DNA of 63,733 nucleotides, counting the filler, from Octopus bimaculoides (lineage: Eukaryota): the NCBI RefSeq assembly GCF_001194135.2. It is 4 parts of 4 records of this genome, joined end to end, with 100 filler letters (N's around TTAATTAATTAA, not from the genome) between each part and the next. Parts side by side here need not be neighbours in the genome. Positions count along the whole stretch, not along the records: positions 61,981 to 63,733 come from NW_026375815.1; 3 more parts are not named here. The stretch is one strand, 5' to 3'. The notes beneath the pieces were generated by a model. The model ran no database searches, was not told the DNA's origin, and worked only from the letters and a program-made list of their open reading frames with translations. The position numbers were made by a program, and so were the translations under genes. The number at the start of each line of letters is the position of its first letter. Positions within the stretch are counted from its first letter, which is position 1. Shown here in pieces: positions 62,401 to 63,733 of this stretch.

Positions 62401-62889
62401 NNNNNNNNNNNNNNNNNNNNNNNNNNNNNNNNNNNNNNNNNNNNNNNNNNNNNNNNNNNNNNNNNNNNNNNNNNNNNNNNNNNNNNNNNNNNNNNNNNNN
62501 NNNNNNNNNNNNNNNNNNNNNNNNNNNNNNNNNNNNNNNNNNNNNNNNNNNNNNNNNNNNNNNNNNNNNNNNNNNNNNNNNNNNNNNNNNNNNNNNNNNN
62601 NNNNNNNNNNNNNNNNNNNNNNNNNNNNNNNNNNNNNNNNNNNNNNNNNNNNNNNNNNNNNNNNNNNNNNNNNNNNNNNNNNNNNNNNNNNNNNNNNNNN
62701 NNNNNNNNNNNNNNNNNNNNNNNNNNNNNNNNNNNNNNNNNNNNNNNNNNNNNNNNNNNNNNNNNNNNNNNNNNNNNNNNNNNNNNNNNNNNNNNNNNNN
62801 NNNNNNNNNNNNNNNNNNNNNNNNNNNNNNNNNNNNNNNNNNNNNNNNNNNNNNNNNNNNNNNNNNNNNNNNNNNNNNNNNNNNNNNNN

Positions 62890-63335
62890 NNCTCGGATAA
62901 ATGTTAGGCTCTTCATTTGATTTTTTTTATTAAAGATAAATAATATTGCTTTATATTTAAGATTCACTTCTTTAAAAAGGATCCTCAATGTCAACTTCCG
63001 TTATTGACGTAACAACAGCAAAAAGCTTCATTCTCTATTTTGACGTTTTTGTACCAAATGCTTACATACTTGTGATGCAATGTCAACTTCCGGTATTGAC
63101 GTAGCAACGGAAAAAATCTTCACTCTCTATTTTGACGTTTCTGTGTATTCGCTTTTCAAGTGAAATCGACTTCAACAAACGCTTCCATACTTCTGATGCA
63201 TCAATAATTTGACCTCGGATAAATATTAGGCTCTTCATAGTTATGATTCACTTCCTTAAAAAGGTTCCTCAATGTCAACTTCCGGTATTGACGTAGCAAC
63301 GGCAAAAGGCCTCACTCTCTATTTTGACGTTTTCC
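62890..63335. repeat. Complex direct repeats: three ~63-bp units plus a duplicated leader
   Basis: caatgtcaacttccg(g/t)tattgacgta(g/a)caac.g.aaaa...tca.tctctattttgacgttt near 62986, 63078 and 63269; ctcggataaat.ttaggctcttcat near 62892 and 63214. Confidence 0.85.
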
Positions 63336-63643
63336 TTTCAAGTTTTAATTCACTATTTGCAAACAAGTACGATAAATTACCGAAAGAAATATTTATTTAG
63401 TCCACAAATTTAAACATTCCGTACAAGAGCTTTTATTTATACGACTTTCTCATTTGATGTTTATTTCATTCATTCTTCGCAATATTCTCTCTCACCCTCT
63501 CTCTCACACACACACACACATACACACACAACACGCGCGCGCGCACATACACACGTGTGTCTTTGTAAATATGTTTATATACATTTATGTATGTGTGTGT
63601 TTGTAAGAGACAGAGTGTGAGTGAGTCAAGGGGTGTGTTGTAG

Positions 63644-63733
63644 TTTCCAAGTACCAATGAGGCTTTTTGGCGCATCTTCAATCTTCCCATTCACGAGAGG
63701 CGCCCAGCCATCATTCATCTGAGAGTCCATCTA
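63644..63733 (+). mobile_element. Helitron RepHel fragment (continues past the window end)
   Basis: FPSTNEAFWRIFNLPIHERRPAIIHLRVHL matches the conserved Helitron Rep motif S.NEA.WRIF.FPIHER.P.V.HL.VHL. Confidence 0.85.

Noticed and set aside
128-62994. Many track ORFs rich in IY, CV, HT, MYVC or X (e.g. 5153-5515, 39977-40735, 40965-41687, 62324-62994)
   Set aside because: They are translations of (TA)n, (CA)n, (TACA)n microsatellites or of N gaps, not genes.
1-63733. Searched by eye for Fanzor/TnpB, IS607-type, Polinton/viral, tRNA and rRNA genes
   Set aside because: No RuvC-like, viral or rRNA signatures seen. tRNA-like A/B boxes all belong to SINE heads. A profile search would be needed to exclude highly diverged remnants.

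Overview
Repeat-dense eukaryotic genomic DNA from a gapped short-read scaffold. The SINE families, RTE tails ending ...gttaaacgatgatgatg and the heavy (TA)n/(CA)n/(TACA)n load point to an octopus genome (inference). I cannot confidently identify any host protein-coding gene, and most ORFs in the track are microsatellite or N-gap artefacts. The window is a transposon landscape. It holds more than 15 copies of one tRNA-derived SINE plus other SINE families; RTE, CR1-like, R4/Dong-like and Penelope-like retroelement relics; a full-length degenerate mariner with a separate mariner MITE family; piggyBac-type and fold-back MITEs; a pogo relic; and Helitron pieces. Four things deserve follow-up. (1) A Merlin/Gypsy mosaic at 20.96-22.56 kb contains an in-frame fusion of a Merlin (IS1595-like) transposase to a Gypsy integrase zinc-binding segment. 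(2) R4/Dong-like restriction-endonuclease LINEs appear to stack at (TACA)n microsatellites (41.0-44.2 kb, 56.7 kb). (3) Hammerhead-ribozyme-like motifs occur in short repeat or fold-back elements (11.93, 24.28, 26.14 kb). (4) A few candidate exons are weakly supported. Three artificial 100-bp spacers (44N-TTAATTAATTAA-44N) mark scaffold joins, so long-range order across them is not sequence-supported. Coordinates of degenerate repeats are approximate.
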